Shown here one piece after another: positions 38,456 to 51,325 of a stretch of DNA of 64,000 nt. The translations under genes were made by a program, and so were the position numbers. Source of the stretch: Mustelus asterias (taxonomy: Eukaryota); assembly GCF_964213995.1 (NCBI RefSeq), contig NC_135830.1:13640001-13704000 (forward strand), given 5' to 3'. Each line of letters begins with the position of its first letter. The stretch's first letter is position 1. The notes beneath the pieces were generated by a model, which saw only the letters and a program-made list of their open reading frames with translations, had not been told where the DNA came from and did no database searches.

Positions 38456-39482
38456 ATCTCAATGTGAAGTTTAAAGGTCATATTCACTTTTGTTAACTTT
38501 CAAATGAATTCTCCTGTAAAATATTCTGAGTTTTTAAAAATAAATATTGAATGCAAAATTAACCAACTCTGACTTTGCTTAATTCCGTTCTCCAAAGCCC
38601 ATAGACACCACGCCAGTTTCCCGATTTCACGGTTTTCCCCCTTTCCCAGGCAGGTATTTCCCAAGTCCTGTCTGGAATGTGTTTGAACTCAAGGCCCTTC
38701 ATTGAGTCACTGCGCCACTCAGTGACACATTTGTGTAAATACAGTTTCATCTCTGCCTTTTCAATGATAAACTCCAGAGACAGAATGATTGAACAGCTTG
38801 AGAACCCGGTTATAAACTGATCTGTCACGATAATATGTCAGTTAACTCTGAAACTCCAAAGGCTCTGCTTCATCCGAGGCCGGTACAGCGCAGTATATGG
38901 GAGAAGAAAACTTCTTTTTACTGCCCCGCCTAACACTACACAGGTTGCTGCGGCGTTGGGTATCAGAGTAAATCTCTCTCCCTATTGTCTGATTAAGTAA
39001 TTCCAAGGCTGGCACGCCACAGGCTAGATATAAAACACGGAGAGAACAGTGGGGTAAAGACCATGGAGTGAGACTGAGTGACTGGAACATTATTCACACA
39101 AGCGTATAATCGAGTACACATTCCCAAATAATAACTAGAATTTGGGCCTGTGAGATATACTCGGGGAGGGGTGGGGGGGCTGAGGGACGGAAACGTGGAA
39201 ATTCCCAGACGCCATGTCCATCCAAACAACAAGTAAGCAGAAATCAAGGGAAAAGCTCCCAGATAATGGAGCTCATTCTCATAAAAAGACACACATTTTC
39301 TCTTTGACACACCAACAGATGTTCTCTCCCCCCTGTCTGTTAGACATACACACGCTCCACTTTCTGGTGAACACACACTGACTCTCTGCTTCAAGCTTTA
39401 TTTTTGTACCAATTAACAATGTCCCCGACTCCTTTTACAATTACACATTATCCCTAATAAGGTCCATTCCCTCAGACCATCT

Positions 39483-39722
39483 CTGTGAACTCACTGAACA
39501 TCACCCAAAGGATCCTTCTCCCTGCTCCATCCCCTCTAACAACATCGCTCTGAAATCATTGAACATCACCCAAAGGATCCTCTCTCCCTGCTCCATGCCC
39601 TCTGACTCCATCCCCCTGAACTCACTGAGCATCACCCCAGGGATCCTCTCTCCCTGCTCCATTCCCTCTGACTCCATCCCCCTGAACTCATTGAGCATCA
39701 CCCCAGGGATACTCTCTCCCCA
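39483..39722. repeat. 60-bp minisatellite, ~4 copies
   Basis: TGAACTCA(C/T)TGA(A/G)CATCACCC..GGATCCTCTCTCCCTGCTCCAT repeated at a 60-bp period. Confidence 0.92.
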
Positions 39723-39996
39723 GTAATCAACAGAGCACCTTTAAACAGGCCCTTTATTGTAATGAGTTCGTATTATTTCCGTGCATATGTCCATCTGAAT
39801 TTAAGTATATTATAATAAGAATAATAGGGACAAGAAAAACTGCAGCACCATAATCCTGCAACAAGATCCTCCAGTAACCTGAGAATTCACTGATCTCCCA
39901 GGCAGAGGCCATTTACCTCACGTCACCACCAGAGGGAGGTCCCTCACCGTGTTTTTGTGTTCTCTGTATCAGGAGCGGGTTCCGTTACACACTGAT

Positions 39997-41887
39997 ATAG
40001 AACATAGAACATAGAACAGTACAGCACAGAACAGGCCCTTCGGCCCACGATGTTGTGCCGAGCTTTGTCTGAAACCCAGATCAAGCTATTTCCTCCCTAT
40101 CATCCCGAAGTACTCCATGTGCCGATCCAATAGCTTTTAAAATGTTCCTAAAGTTTCTGACTCCACTATCCCTGCAGGCACTCCATTCCACACCCCAACC
40201 ACTCTCTGAGTAAAGAACCTACCTCGGATATCCTTCCTATATCTCCCACCATGAACCCTATAATTATGCCCCCTAGTTACCGCTCCATTCACCCGAGGAA
40301 ATAATCTTTGAACGTTCACTCTATCTATCCCCCTCATCATCTTATAAACCTCTATCAAGTCTCCTCTCAACCTCCTCCGCTCCAAAGAGAAAAGCCCAAG
40401 TTCCCTCAACCTTTCCTCATAAGACCTACCCTCCAAACCAGGCAGCATCCTGGTAAATCTCCTTTGCACTCTTTCCAGTGTCTCCACATCCCTCTTGTAG
40501 TGAGGTGACCAGAACTGCACACAATATTCCAAATGTGGTCTCACCAAGGTCCTGTACAGTTGCAGCATAACCCGACGGCTCTTAAACTCAAACCCCGTGT
40601 TAATGAACGCCAACACACTATAGACCTTCTTCACGGCTCTATCCACTTGAGTGGCAACCTTCAGAGATCTATGGATATGAACCCCAAGATCTCTCTGTAC
40701 CTCCACATTCTTCAGAACCCTACCTTTGACCCTGTAATCCACATTTAAATTTGTCCTACCAAAATGAATCACCTCACATTTATCAGGGTTAAACTCCATT
40801 TGCCATTTTTCAGCCCAGCTCTGCATCCTATCTATATCTGTTTGCAGTCTACAACAGCCCTCCACCTCATCCACTACTCTACCAATCTTGGTGTCATCAG
40901 CAAATTTACTGATCCACCCTTCAGCCCCCTCCTCCAAGTCATTTATAAAAATCACAAATACCAGAGGACCAAGCACTGATCCCTGTGGCACTCCGCTGGT
41001 AACCGGTTTCCAGTCGGAAAATTTTCCATCCACCACCACCCTCTGTCTTCTGTTAGATAGCCAGTTACCTATCCAATCGGCCAAACTTCCCTCAATCCCA
41101 CACATCCTTACTTTCTTCATAAGCCGACCGTGGGGGACTTTATCAAACGCCTTACTAAAATCCATGTATATGACATCAACTGCCCTACCTTCATGTACAC
41201 ACTTAGTTACCTCCTCAAAAAATTCTATCAAATTTGTGAGGCAAGACTTGCCCTTCACAAATCCGTGCTGACTATCCCGGATTAAGCTGCATCTTTCTAA
41301 ATGGTCGTAAATCCTATCCCTAAGGACCATTTCCATCAACTTACCGACCACCGAAGTAAGACTAAGCGGCCTATAGTTACCAGGGTCATTTCTATTCCCT
41401 TTCGTAAACAGAGGAACCACATTCGCCACTCTCCAGTCCTCTGGCACCACCCCCGGGGACAGTGAGGACGCAAAGATCAATGCCAAAGGCTCTGCTATTT
41501 CATCCCTTGCCTCCCAAAGAATCCTAGGATATATTTCATCAGGCCCAGAGGACTTATCAACTTTCAGTTTATTCATAATTGCTAGTACATCTTCCCTCCG
41601 AACATCTACTTCCTCCAGCCTATTAGCCTGTGACACCTTCTCTTCCTCAAAAACATGGCCCCTCTCCTTGGTGAACACCGAAGAAAAGTATTCATTCATC
41701 ACCTCTCCTATCTCTTCTGACTCCATGCACAAATTCCCACTGCCGTCCTTGACCGGCCCCAGCCTCACCCTGGTCATTCTTTTATTCCTCACATCAGAGT
41801 AAAAAGCCTTGGGGTTTTCCTTAATCCGACCCGCCAAGGACTTCTCATGCCCCCTCCTAGCTCTCCTAAGCCCCTTTTTCAGCTCAT
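39997..41887 (-). mobile_element. 5'-truncated CR1 LINE with a long open RT frame
   Basis: 587-aa ORF with full RT motifs; (GTTCTAT)n tail. Confidence 0.96.
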
Positions 41888-42189
41888 TATAGGGAGACAT
41901 AAATCAGGAGAATTGGATTAATTGTTGGATTACACAGTGAACTCCTTAACAGTGATAGTGCTGGACCTTTTCTTCTGGTGCACATGTACTGTAAACCATC
42001 CACCAGCTCTTTCATCTCTGAATGTGGAGAAAGGGTAACCAGGAGCTCGATTGAAGAACTGTCTGTACAAAACTAGAAACTTGGTAGAGGCGATGGTGAT
42101 GTGGTGATGAAGCAAAATGCTTTCTCCATCTGTTCCTTGAATAATCAAGATCTGTAATCCCTCCAGGTGACAACGCAAAGCTGACAAAT
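41888..42189 (-). pseudogene. Degenerate TCR-like V segment relic
   Basis: Acceptor TTGCAG|AT, then ..IQGTDGESILLH..LVLYRQFFNRAP..FTVHV..KKRSSTITVKE with V-set spacing. Cys and Trp lost; stop codons present. Confidence 0.5.
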
Positions 42190-42361
42190 CTGCAATGAAG
42201 CAGGCAGAATTATATATGGAAGTAAAGCGCTTGAGAATACAGGAAGAATAAAGTAATCAATTCATATGTCCATCTATCTAATATTTCCTCTGCTAATCGG
42301 CCTATCCATATAATTTCACTCTATCAATCTTCTGCTCACCAGTCAGGTCACTATTAGTAAC

Positions 42362-43452
42362 ACATAAGAACATAAGAAATAGGAGCAGGAGTAGGCCATC
42401 GAGCCCCTCGAGCCTGCCCCGCCATTCAATAAGATCATGGCTGATCTGACGTGGATCAGTACCACTTACCCGCCTGATCCCCATAACCCTTAATTCCCTT
42501 ACCGATCAGGAATCCATCCATCCGCGCTTTAAACATATTCAGCGAGGTAGCCTCCACCACCTCAGTGGGCAGAGAATTCCAGAGATTCACCACCCTCTGG
42601 GAGAAGAAGTTCCTCCTCAACTCTGTCTTAAACCGACCCCCCTTTATTTCGAGGCTGTGTCCTCTAGTTTTAACTTCCTTACTAAGTGGAAAGAATCTCT
42701 CCGCCTCCACCCTATCCAGCCCCCGCATTATCTTATAAGTCTCGATAAGATCCCCCCTCATCCTTCTAAACTCCAACGAGTACAAACCCAATCTCCTCAG
42801 CCTCTCCTCATAATCCAAACCCCTCATCTCCGGTATCAACCTGGTGAACCTTCTCTGCACTCCCTCCAATGCCAATATATCCTTCCTCATATAAGGGGAC
42901 CAATACTGCACACAGTATTCCAGCTGCGGCCTCACCAATGCCCTGTACAGGTGCATCAAGACATCCCTGCTTTTATATTCTATCCCCTTCGCAATATAGG
43001 CCAACATCCCATTTGCCTTCTTGATCACCTGTTGTACCTGCAGACTGGGCTTTTGCGTCTCATGCACAAGGACCCCCAGGTCCCTTTGCACGGTAGCATG
43101 TTTTAATTTGTTTCCATTGAGATAGTAATCCCATTTGTTATTATTTCCTCCAAAGTGTATAACCTCGCATTTCTCAACGTTATACTCCATTTGCCATATC
43201 CTCGCCCACTCACTCAGCCTGTCCAAATCTCTCTGCAGATCTTCTCCGTCCTCCACACGATTCACTTTTCCACTTATCTTTGTGTCGTCTGCAAACTTCG
43301 TTACCCTACACTCCGTCCCCTCCTCCAGATCATCTATATAAATGGTAAATAGTTGGCCCGAGTACCGATCCCTGCGGCACGCCACTAGTTACCTTCCTCC
43401 AACCGGAAAAACACCCATTTATTCCGACTCTTTGCTTCCTGTCGGATGGCCA
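42362..43452 (-). mobile_element. 5'-truncated CR1 LINE
   Basis: 309-aa open RT C-terminus (FADDTK..) and CR1 tail. Confidence 0.95.
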
Positions 43453-45917
43453 TATTCCTATTCCTACGACATGGGTTCACATTGCACTCGATTTGAACCA
43501 TTTGTTCCTCCACCGCACTCACCTCTTCGAACTGGGATATCCCAAGTGGGGCCACTGTTGACACAAGAGAAACATGGGGCAGTCTCGAAAGCTTTTTGAT
43601 CCAACACGATCTTCTGAACTCACGAGAACCAGACAGAAATAAAACAGGTCCAACTCAATTGGCACCTCAATTGGATGAACCTCAGGAGATTTGTTTGAAA
43701 TGGCAGGAATATCAGTTGTCCAGAGATCCAACTGTATCGTTAGTAAATACGGTAATGAGCTTTAAATTTAAGGATGACCGTACATTTGCTCATAAGTATC
43801 CAACATTCACGATGCTGGCTGTTTCTCACCCACACGCCTGGTATTGCTGCTGGTTGGATGCTCAAAGGCGACTCGAGTCAATTTACTCTGATGCGTGTGA
43901 TCATGGCTAGCCAAGTGTGGCAGGCAATTGTTCCATGCTATGTTATTGAATGTTTACCCCAGATGAATATGAATAATGGGTCGATGAACAGGGTTTCAAG
44001 CCGATTACCCTGGACAGTGGAAAAATGCAGTAATAAATTAGGAATGTCATGCCAAAACGTCGGAAGAGGCATGGGATAAATTAACAGTTGATGAGAAACT
44101 GCTCAGTTTTGTTTCACGATTGAGTGCAGGCGGACACTCAGCTTATGCATCAAGGGGAATCTCATTCACCTCTACAGGTACATTGTGTAACATTGCTTGT
44201 TATTCGTTGTTTTGAATTTTACTATTTCATAACTTTCCATGTTTTAACGTAAGCTTTTTTTTCCGTTTGCCCATTTCACCTGATGTTATTTCGGTATCTT
44301 TTCGCCTCAGTCTCTTTGCAATTCCATGATTTCCGATATCTCGGTTTCCTTGTAACAGTGAGCAGTTCTCAGGTTGTACGTGCGTCTTTGAGTTTCATTA
44401 AGTTTCACTCTTCCATGCTGTGTATCAGTGTAGACCACTGTCATCCAGGCTTTGCTTTAATGAGCGGATTAGCTTATGAGGAAATGTTGGTGAGGCTAAG
44501 TTTGCATCCGCTGGAGTTTGGAATAAAGGTAGGCTACTTGATTGAAATGTATAATATACTGAGGGATTTGACAATGTGTTGTAGTGAGGATAGCTCCTCT
44601 TGCGCGAAAATCTAGAGCTATCTAGAACTATGCCACTGTTTCAAAATAAGGGTTCACCCATTCAAAATACCATTCTACCACGGCCTCTTCAAATGTATGT
44701 CTCTATTTATATATACACATCTGCAGTAACGTCCTTCATTGGGGTCGCTCTTTATCATTTACTGCTCTCAGTCTCACATTCATCCTTGTCCCTCAGTTGG
44801 ATTCTCTCTTTATTAATCCGCTCAATGTCTATGTCAATGACTTTTATAACTCTCTCAAAATTTGCAGGTGGATTGGGTGATATACGTCCTGTAACGCTTC
44901 GGGAGTGAGCGTTTACTTGCCTGCATAGCATTCTTGATGAGTTCTTTAAACACGGGATGTTAGCAGGCACTAAGCTGGTGCACTGGTGATCCCATTCAGC
45001 CACCTGACCTTGAGATTGCTCAAGTATTCAGCATTGAGACCAGACAGTGAAAGGCCTGATCCACTGAAGGATGCCTCAATCAGCTCCGTGCCAAAAGTCT
45101 CAGGTTCCAAAGCGTTGAATCTAGACAGTCACTAGCTGATGCACAGACTGGCTCACGCTCACCTGCATAGGTACATTGCTCAGATTTTTGACAGTCAGTA
45201 TGTACGTGGATAGGAAAACATACATTTCAGTTGCACCAATTTGCACTGGTATATTGCTCAGATCTCCTTTTATTTAGTCACATTCTTTGTAACGCTGCAT
45301 CATTTTTACTTTGTTTGTTTTTTTCTTCTCAGCTTGGACTGTTTTTAACTCTATATTTTTTCCCATAAGTTCTACATTTTGGTTGCTCCTTCAATCTCAT
45401 TTCCGTCACTCCCCATCTGGAGGATCCCTACAACTCCCCCCCCGCCACCCCCCCCCCCCCCCCCCCGACCAACCACCATCCCCGTCACCACCACAACTAG
45501 TCCCATTCAATTTTGTTATTCCCTGGTTACATCTCGCAAGCTGTATTATATGAGGTGCTGCCGGACAGTTTTGAAGCCTTTTTTAAGTCTGAGCAACCTA
45601 TATTTGGTGAAGCTGATCTTCCCGGCCAAGCTTGAATTGAAGGAAATAACAATTCGAAAGGAAGCAGGAACTGTTTAACTGGTAGCTGCTCTCTCTCTCT
45701 CTCTCTGATCAATCTTTCAGTCTGATGGGATTCTGCTGTTTGCTTTCTCAGCCGATCCTGGATTCAGTTGGGTGACAGTTTGATCCGAGGTCAATGTGGT
45801 TTCCTCTGGTTGTGTGTTGGAGCGGCTGACAGCGCCGCTGCTCAATATGGCTGTAACTTTCTGCGATTCTCTACAAAAATCTCAACAGACTGGAGCACCC
45901 AATGATAGCTGGAAGGC

Positions 45918-45956
45918 AGTTTTTGCACGGGGGTGAGACTGCTTTCTATCACTGTG
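45918..45956 (-). other. Recombination signal sequence, 23-bp spacer
   Basis: CACAGTG (45956-45950), 23 nt, GCAAAAACT (45926-45918). Confidence 0.93.
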
Positions 45957-46263
45957 AGACTGAAAGCGCAGTAATAGCGGCCAGCGTCAGCCAGCTGCAG
46001 ACTCGAAATGGTTAAAGTGGTTAATTTAGCCAAGACCTGGAGTTCAGCAGAGAAACGGGGTCCAAAACCTTCCCCTCTCTCTTCGTGTGTACCCCAGGAC
46101 AATTTCAATGCAATGAACTGCAAATCCGTCTGTGGCTGCTGTCTGTACCAATATAAGACATAGTGGCTTGCTGTAGTGCTGTAGGTACATCGGATAGTCA
46201 CCGTTTCACCTTCTCTCCTCTCTAAAGACGGCGGCTGAGAAACAGAATCTCCATCAGCCGGAT
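45957..46263 (-). CDS. TCR alpha/delta-type V segment exon, apparently functional
   Basis: DSVSQ..GETVTIRCTYST..LYWYRQ..RFS..LTISSLQLADAGRYYCAF; acceptor TTACAG|; RSS follows directly. Confidence 0.93.
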
Positions 46264-46467
46264 CTGTAACATGTGTTGAAGAAGAGGACAAAGGTAAGTA
46301 TTGGGTGTGCTGCTGAAATAATATTAATAATTTACATACACTGGAGTTATGAAACAAAAACTAATAATGGCCGAAATACTCAGCAGCGTCAGGAAGCATT
46401 TTTCGAGGCCAGGAGAATTACAGTTTCTGATCGAGATAACATTTTACCAGATTGGAGTCATCCTTAC

Positions 46468-46513
46468 CGATAAGAAAGAGCCCGAACACAATGCAGACGG
46501 TGAGGAAATGCAT
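46468..46513 (-). CDS. Leader exon of the V segment (MHFLTVCIVFGLFLI)
   Basis: GCCGCCATG Kozak context, hydrophobic signal peptide, phase-1 donor G|GTAAGG in frame with the V exon. Confidence 0.9.
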
Positions 46514-46582
46514 GGCGGCTGCAGAGCCCGGAGCTGTGGCTATCTTTAAAATTCCAAGCACTGCTGGAACAAAATCTGTTTT

Positions 46583-46592
46583 TAACGTCACT
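46583..46592 (-). promoter_or_regulatory. CRE-like decamer AGTGACGTTA in the V promoter
   Basis: 70 bp upstream of the leader ATG; resembles the AGTGA(C/T)(G/A)TCA element of TCR V promoters. Confidence 0.5.
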
Positions 46593-48026
46593 TTCTGAAC
46601 TCAAACCTCCCGTCCAATCAAACAATCTGCAATCTACCCGTCATAGATTGAGGTAACATTTAAATGAGTTTCAGTGATCAGCTGAAGCTCTTTGACCAAC
46701 AGTATTAAATATCACAGAATGGAGTCAGTGACTGAGTGAGTACAGTGCATGGTGTGAGGGAAGAATCAGCATTGCTGACAAGACCATAAGATATAGAAGC
46801 AGAATTAGACCATTCGGCCCACCGTGTCCGCTCCGCCATTCAGTCATGCTGAAAAGTTTCTCAACTCCATTCTTCTCCCCTTTTCCCAGTAACCTTTGAT
46901 CCCCTTACCAATCAAGAACCTATCTATCACAGTCTTAAAAACACCCAATGACCTGGCCTCCACAGCCTTCTATGGCAATGAATTCCACACATTCACCACC
47001 CTCTGGCTGAAGAAATTGCTCTCATCTCGATTCTAAAGGGCTGTCCCTTTATTCCGAGGTTGTGCGCTCGGATCCGAGATTCTCCGACGAACGGAAACAT
47101 CTTCCCCACGGCCACCCTATCGAGGTCTTTCAATATTGTGTAAGTTTCTATAACATCCCCCCTCCGCCTCCCCCCCTCCCCCCCCCGCCCCCCCAAACTC
47201 CATCGAGTTCAGACCCAGGGTCCTCAGATATCTGCAGTTTTATTTGATCGGCTTCAGTCGCTCATGTTTGTTGTTGTTTATTTTAAGGTCGGTTTGGGAT
47301 GACTTCTCAAGACCATTAATCGCATTGCCATGTGTCTGACCTGTTTACATTGAACTCTTCGTTCTGAACCGTTAATTTCCTGGTGTTGCGATTGTAAATG
47401 AAACGGATTGTACAGCAGCGGATTGAGAAGTAGATCCAGTGCGAGAAACAGATGCAGCAACACAGAAACCTTCAAGCTAAGAAACGGAGATAAACAAATG
47501 GAAAGACAGAGGTTGAATCCGAGGCCGAGGCCGTAATAGAAGTAAAGTTCGGAGAAACAGACGGAGCTGCAGAGGGATAAAAACGAGAAAAGTGAATGGT
47601 AGAAATGAGGGAGAAGCTGAGAGATAAGTAGTGGGGCAGACAGTGAGATAAATGGAGGAAAGAGGGAGGTAGGAAGGGAAAATAGATGAAGATACGGTGA
47701 AGGAACCGTGAAGGGAAAGAATGCATATATTTGGAGATAATACCGACGGAGACACAAAGAGAGACAAACGAATAGAGAACAAGAGAAGCAGAGAAATAGG
47801 CAGTGAGATAAACAAAGGAGTTCACTGAAAAAAGCAATGGCCCAAATGCAACCAGGAAAGAAAGGGAAAAAAGGGAAAGAAAAATAGTATAATATAGCGT
47901 ATAACGTGATACCGACAGGGTGATTTCCAAGAACCTCTTGACACCCTGAGTAACCAGACCAGTAGTACCATCACATTGCTTTCCTTCCCGTACCCACTGC
48001 AGTAAATACACAAACATGGTGAGGCA

Positions 48027-48040
48027 TCGCCATCTGGCGG
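48027..48040 (-). promoter_or_regulatory. Candidate CTCF site CCGCCAGATGGCGA
   Basis: Close match to the CTCF core; lies between the divergent V genes. Confidence 0.55.
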
Positions 48041-48908
48041 CGGTCTGCGGTAAATGGTCATTCCCTGGAAAATCATCGAATTCTCAAATTACAGAAGATT
48101 GTTGCTGCGTGATTATATTACATTACTCTTGTTCATCCTTTTGCTGTTACAATGTAATTAAATGCAGTTGAACGTATACATGAGGGATAATCCCAACTTT
48201 ATTTAATTGCTGGCGATTCGCTTTATTCAATTAATAGTGGTTAAAAAGCTAATTTTAAACAAAATCAACCCATCAATATTCCGATAGGTGCCTCCTCTAA
48301 AATACCAACACAAGATCTAAATATGACCCTGGATTCACACTCATTTCCTATGTCCTTTAGTTATTTTCATTTAAATCTTCTCATCATAATGTTACTCCTT
48401 AAGTTATTATATTTTATTATACTTTATTTAATATAAATAGTATCTAATCTAAGAGTATCTTTATCTAATATAACGAGCAATTTGGTGGACTTGTTGAAAT
48501 GGGAGACTGGGAGAAATCGTATTGTCTAAACTCTGGAATTCAGGAAAAGGGCAGAAAGAGAAGAACGTGGAGTAAATGTGAAGGTCAGCAGTAGGGCAAG
48601 GGAGGTAGATACAGAGTGGCGGAATGACAGAGCGAGATAGACAGGTCTCAAACGAAGGGAGAGTCGGAGAACCTGAGAAATACAGGGAGAAAGAGAACCT
48701 CAGATTTCATTAGTCCAGAGCGAACACTGATAGGTGCCCGACGACCATAAGTTCAGAGAGAGCAGCCAATCCTGTCGCTTGGAAACGCCCCTCAGTTTCT
48801 AAGTAAATGAAGTTTCTGCTGATATGAATTTCCAATTTAATATCAGAACAGAAACGTCAACACATTTCAAATATTGTCTCATTTCTGCCGAATCCTAAAC
48901 CAGACACC

Positions 48909-49422
48909 ATGTGCTCCTCATTTTGGTTGCTGATAATAATGGTCTTGCCATTATGTCATCCTGACACGAAACGTTATCTCTGTTCTCCCTCTCACACATG
49001 TTGTCAGATCTGCTGAAGACTTCCAGCGTTTTCTTTGAGCCAATGTTTAAATGATCAGCGTCTGCCCCATGGACTATGTTCGCTCCCAGATTTTGAAGAA
49101 CATCTGTGTTTTATTACAGGGACAAATGCTGAAGATTCAGTGTTTCAAGATCGATCTGAATTATCGGTTCTGGAAGGACAGAACATAACATTGGACTGTA
49201 AATACTCAACAGCTGCTCTTCGAACCCTGTTCTGGTACACCCAGTATCCCGGCAAGCTCCAAGGCAGCTGATGAAGATTTTTAGCACGGACGATACCGAT
49301 AAGTCTCCGGATTTCCCAGATAGGTTCTCGGCTGCTTTACAGAAAGGAAACAACACTGTTCCTTTAAATATCGCCAGCACTCTTCTCTCTGACACCGCCG
49401 TGTATTTCTGTGCCATGGAGCA
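48909..49422 (+). pseudogene. TCR alpha/delta-type V pseudogene (leader from 48909; V exon 49120-49422) with a 1-nt frameshift
   Basis: EDSVFQ..EGQNITLDCKYST..LFWYTQYPGK / LMKIFS..DRFSAALQK..LSDTAVYFCAME. One base is missing near 49255 (expected GKAPRQL). Confidence 0.9.
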
Positions 49423-49462
49423 CACACTGGTTCAGAGATATGGCGAAACCTGTGCAAAAGTC
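49423..49462 (+). other. Variant 23-type RSS
   Basis: CACACTG, 24 nt, GCAAAAGTC. Confidence 0.7.
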
Positions 49463-49618
49463 CCAGGCTGGGAGTTCTAGATAGTGGTCCGCAGAGGGCG
49501 CGCTCACACTGATAAACAGAAACAAGATGTGGAGATGCCGGCTTTGGACTGGGGTGAACACAGTAAGAAGTCTCACAACACCAGGTTAAAGTCCAACAGG
49601 TTTATTTGGTAGCAAATA

Positions 49619-49655
49619 CCATAAGCTTTCGGAGCACTGCTCCTTCGTCAGATGG
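49619..49655 (-). ncRNA. Minimal hammerhead-ribozyme motif in a Penelope-type terminal repeat
   Basis: CCAU-CUGACGA-A-GGAGC-AGU-GCUCC-GAAA-GC-UU-AUGG. Confidence 0.65.
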
Positions 49656-51119
49656 AGTGGAAATGTGCTCTCAAACAGTGCAAACAGACAAAATCAGAAA
49701 CAATTCCGTCCTGTCTATCCACAGGACTGACACAGGACTATCCACAGAAACAATTCAGTCTCAACAGTGAGTGTCACCGGATCATAAACAGAATAACAAA
49801 ACAAAACACAACGCTCAACATGAAAAGCTGAGCCGCAGTTGGTTTTAACTTGCAACTATGCTAAAAATGCATTTATTGTTAGTTAACTCACACTTACTCT
49901 TTTGCTAATATTTCCTTGGATATGTGAATTATGTACCATCTTCACTCTTCGTTTTGTGGTCGGTTTGATCAAAGGGTCTATTTGATCGGAGTATTGTGCT
50001 CGCTAAGGGATCAGTTATATAACATGTGCATTTCACAAGCTTGACACAGAACCATTTAAACAATCCCTGGGAGCAAGGTACAATCAATGTCCAGTCTCAT
50101 TTTCAATGTTTTTTGACATAATTCGCAACTTTATAATAACCGGACCAGCGACTTTAATCCCACCCCTGTCCCTAACAATAGAACGATATTCCTAATAAGC
50201 GCATTGAATGTAACCCAGCTTGGGATATTTCTGCTCACTGAAAACCATGTATCCATCCACAGGACTAAAAACATGACAGGGGACACACGAAAGTGAGGTG
50301 CGAGGATCCGATCACATTATAGCAGATTAATAAGAGTGTGGATTGGAACGAGAGTTTTCTTGCGTCAACTTACCCTTCTACAGAGCGGCCAGCGACAATG
50401 TGTAAGGCAGCAACTGGTTGTATGGGGGCGGGGAGGGGGGGATTTCGGACAGATAATTGTGAAATATACACATTTAATCTGTTTTCCAAATCATGTTGGA
50501 GAGTTTAAAGCACTCCAATATGATTAGTTCAGATTTTAATATACATTTCAGATCTGAGTCATGGAAATTCTGTCAGTTAGTTACTGTCCTCAAATGATAC
50601 GACAGAAGGAGAAGTGTTTTTCGAAAGTTTCACCTATGATACTACATGGAGTGATTTGGTTTTATTCTGGCATTGTCCAATCCCGATGAACTGCACTCAC
50701 AGGAAGTCTTACTCATGTCTGCAGACAAGCGGTGAGACAAACAAAAGCAACAGCACCGTTCAGGCATCCAAACCTCTCTCAATTTCATTGTGGAGAAATT
50801 GGACTCTGCAGAGTTGATCAGAAGAAGGGCTCACGTACGGAGTTCATGATGAATCATAGAATCATAGAAAAATAATCCTTACAGGTCAGAAGGGGGCATT
50901 CGGCCCATCGAGTCTGCACCTGCTACAATCTCACTCAGGCCCAATTCCCGTCACCCCACACATTTACCCTGCTCATCCCCCTGACACAAAGGTCAATTTG
51001 GCATGGCTAATCAATCTAACCCGCACATCTTTGGACGGAAAGCAGTCCCATCCGTGCACTCTGCATTATCTCCGGGAGCTCCTGTCTGCTGGCTTTTCAA
51101 TTTTGTGATTCATTTCTTA

Positions 51120-51325
51120 AAGTTACAAAGTCAATACGCATTACGGAGAGACCAATCAAGAATCAATCTCCACACTTGCCCCGACACCAATTCAAATTCA
51201 AATTCAACCCAATTGATGATCCTCGCAGGATATATGAGCAAGATCCAAGCTGACAAGGTAAGGCATTGCACGTGGACTTGGGCTTTATCTGACGCTTAGT
51301 CTTAGCCAAAAACCCGAGAAGTTTG
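51120..51325 (-). pseudogene. Divergent U2 snRNA-derived sequence
   Basis: Minus strand reads CTTCTCGGGTTTTTGGCTAAGACTAAGCGT versus U2 CTTCTCGGCCTTTTGGCTAAGATCAAGTGT; only weaker similarity downstream. Confidence 0.65.

Noticed and set aside
38840-39400. Possible further V or J relic (..YYLGMCTRL..)
   Set aside because: No convincing framework residues, RSS or splice donor.
39483-39722. CRISPR-like array
   Set aside because: Whole 60-bp units repeat with no unique spacers; vertebrate context and no cas genes.
43455-44100. Overlapping ~100-aa ORFs in non-repetitive-looking DNA
   Set aside because: No recognisable domain or exon structure; needs a translated search.
45826-45846. CTCF site downstream of the intact V RSS
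   Set aside because: Only the GGCGC end matches the consensus.
47278-48076. Hydrophobic 100-180 aa ORFs
   Set aside because: Antisense of a low-complexity purine-rich tract.
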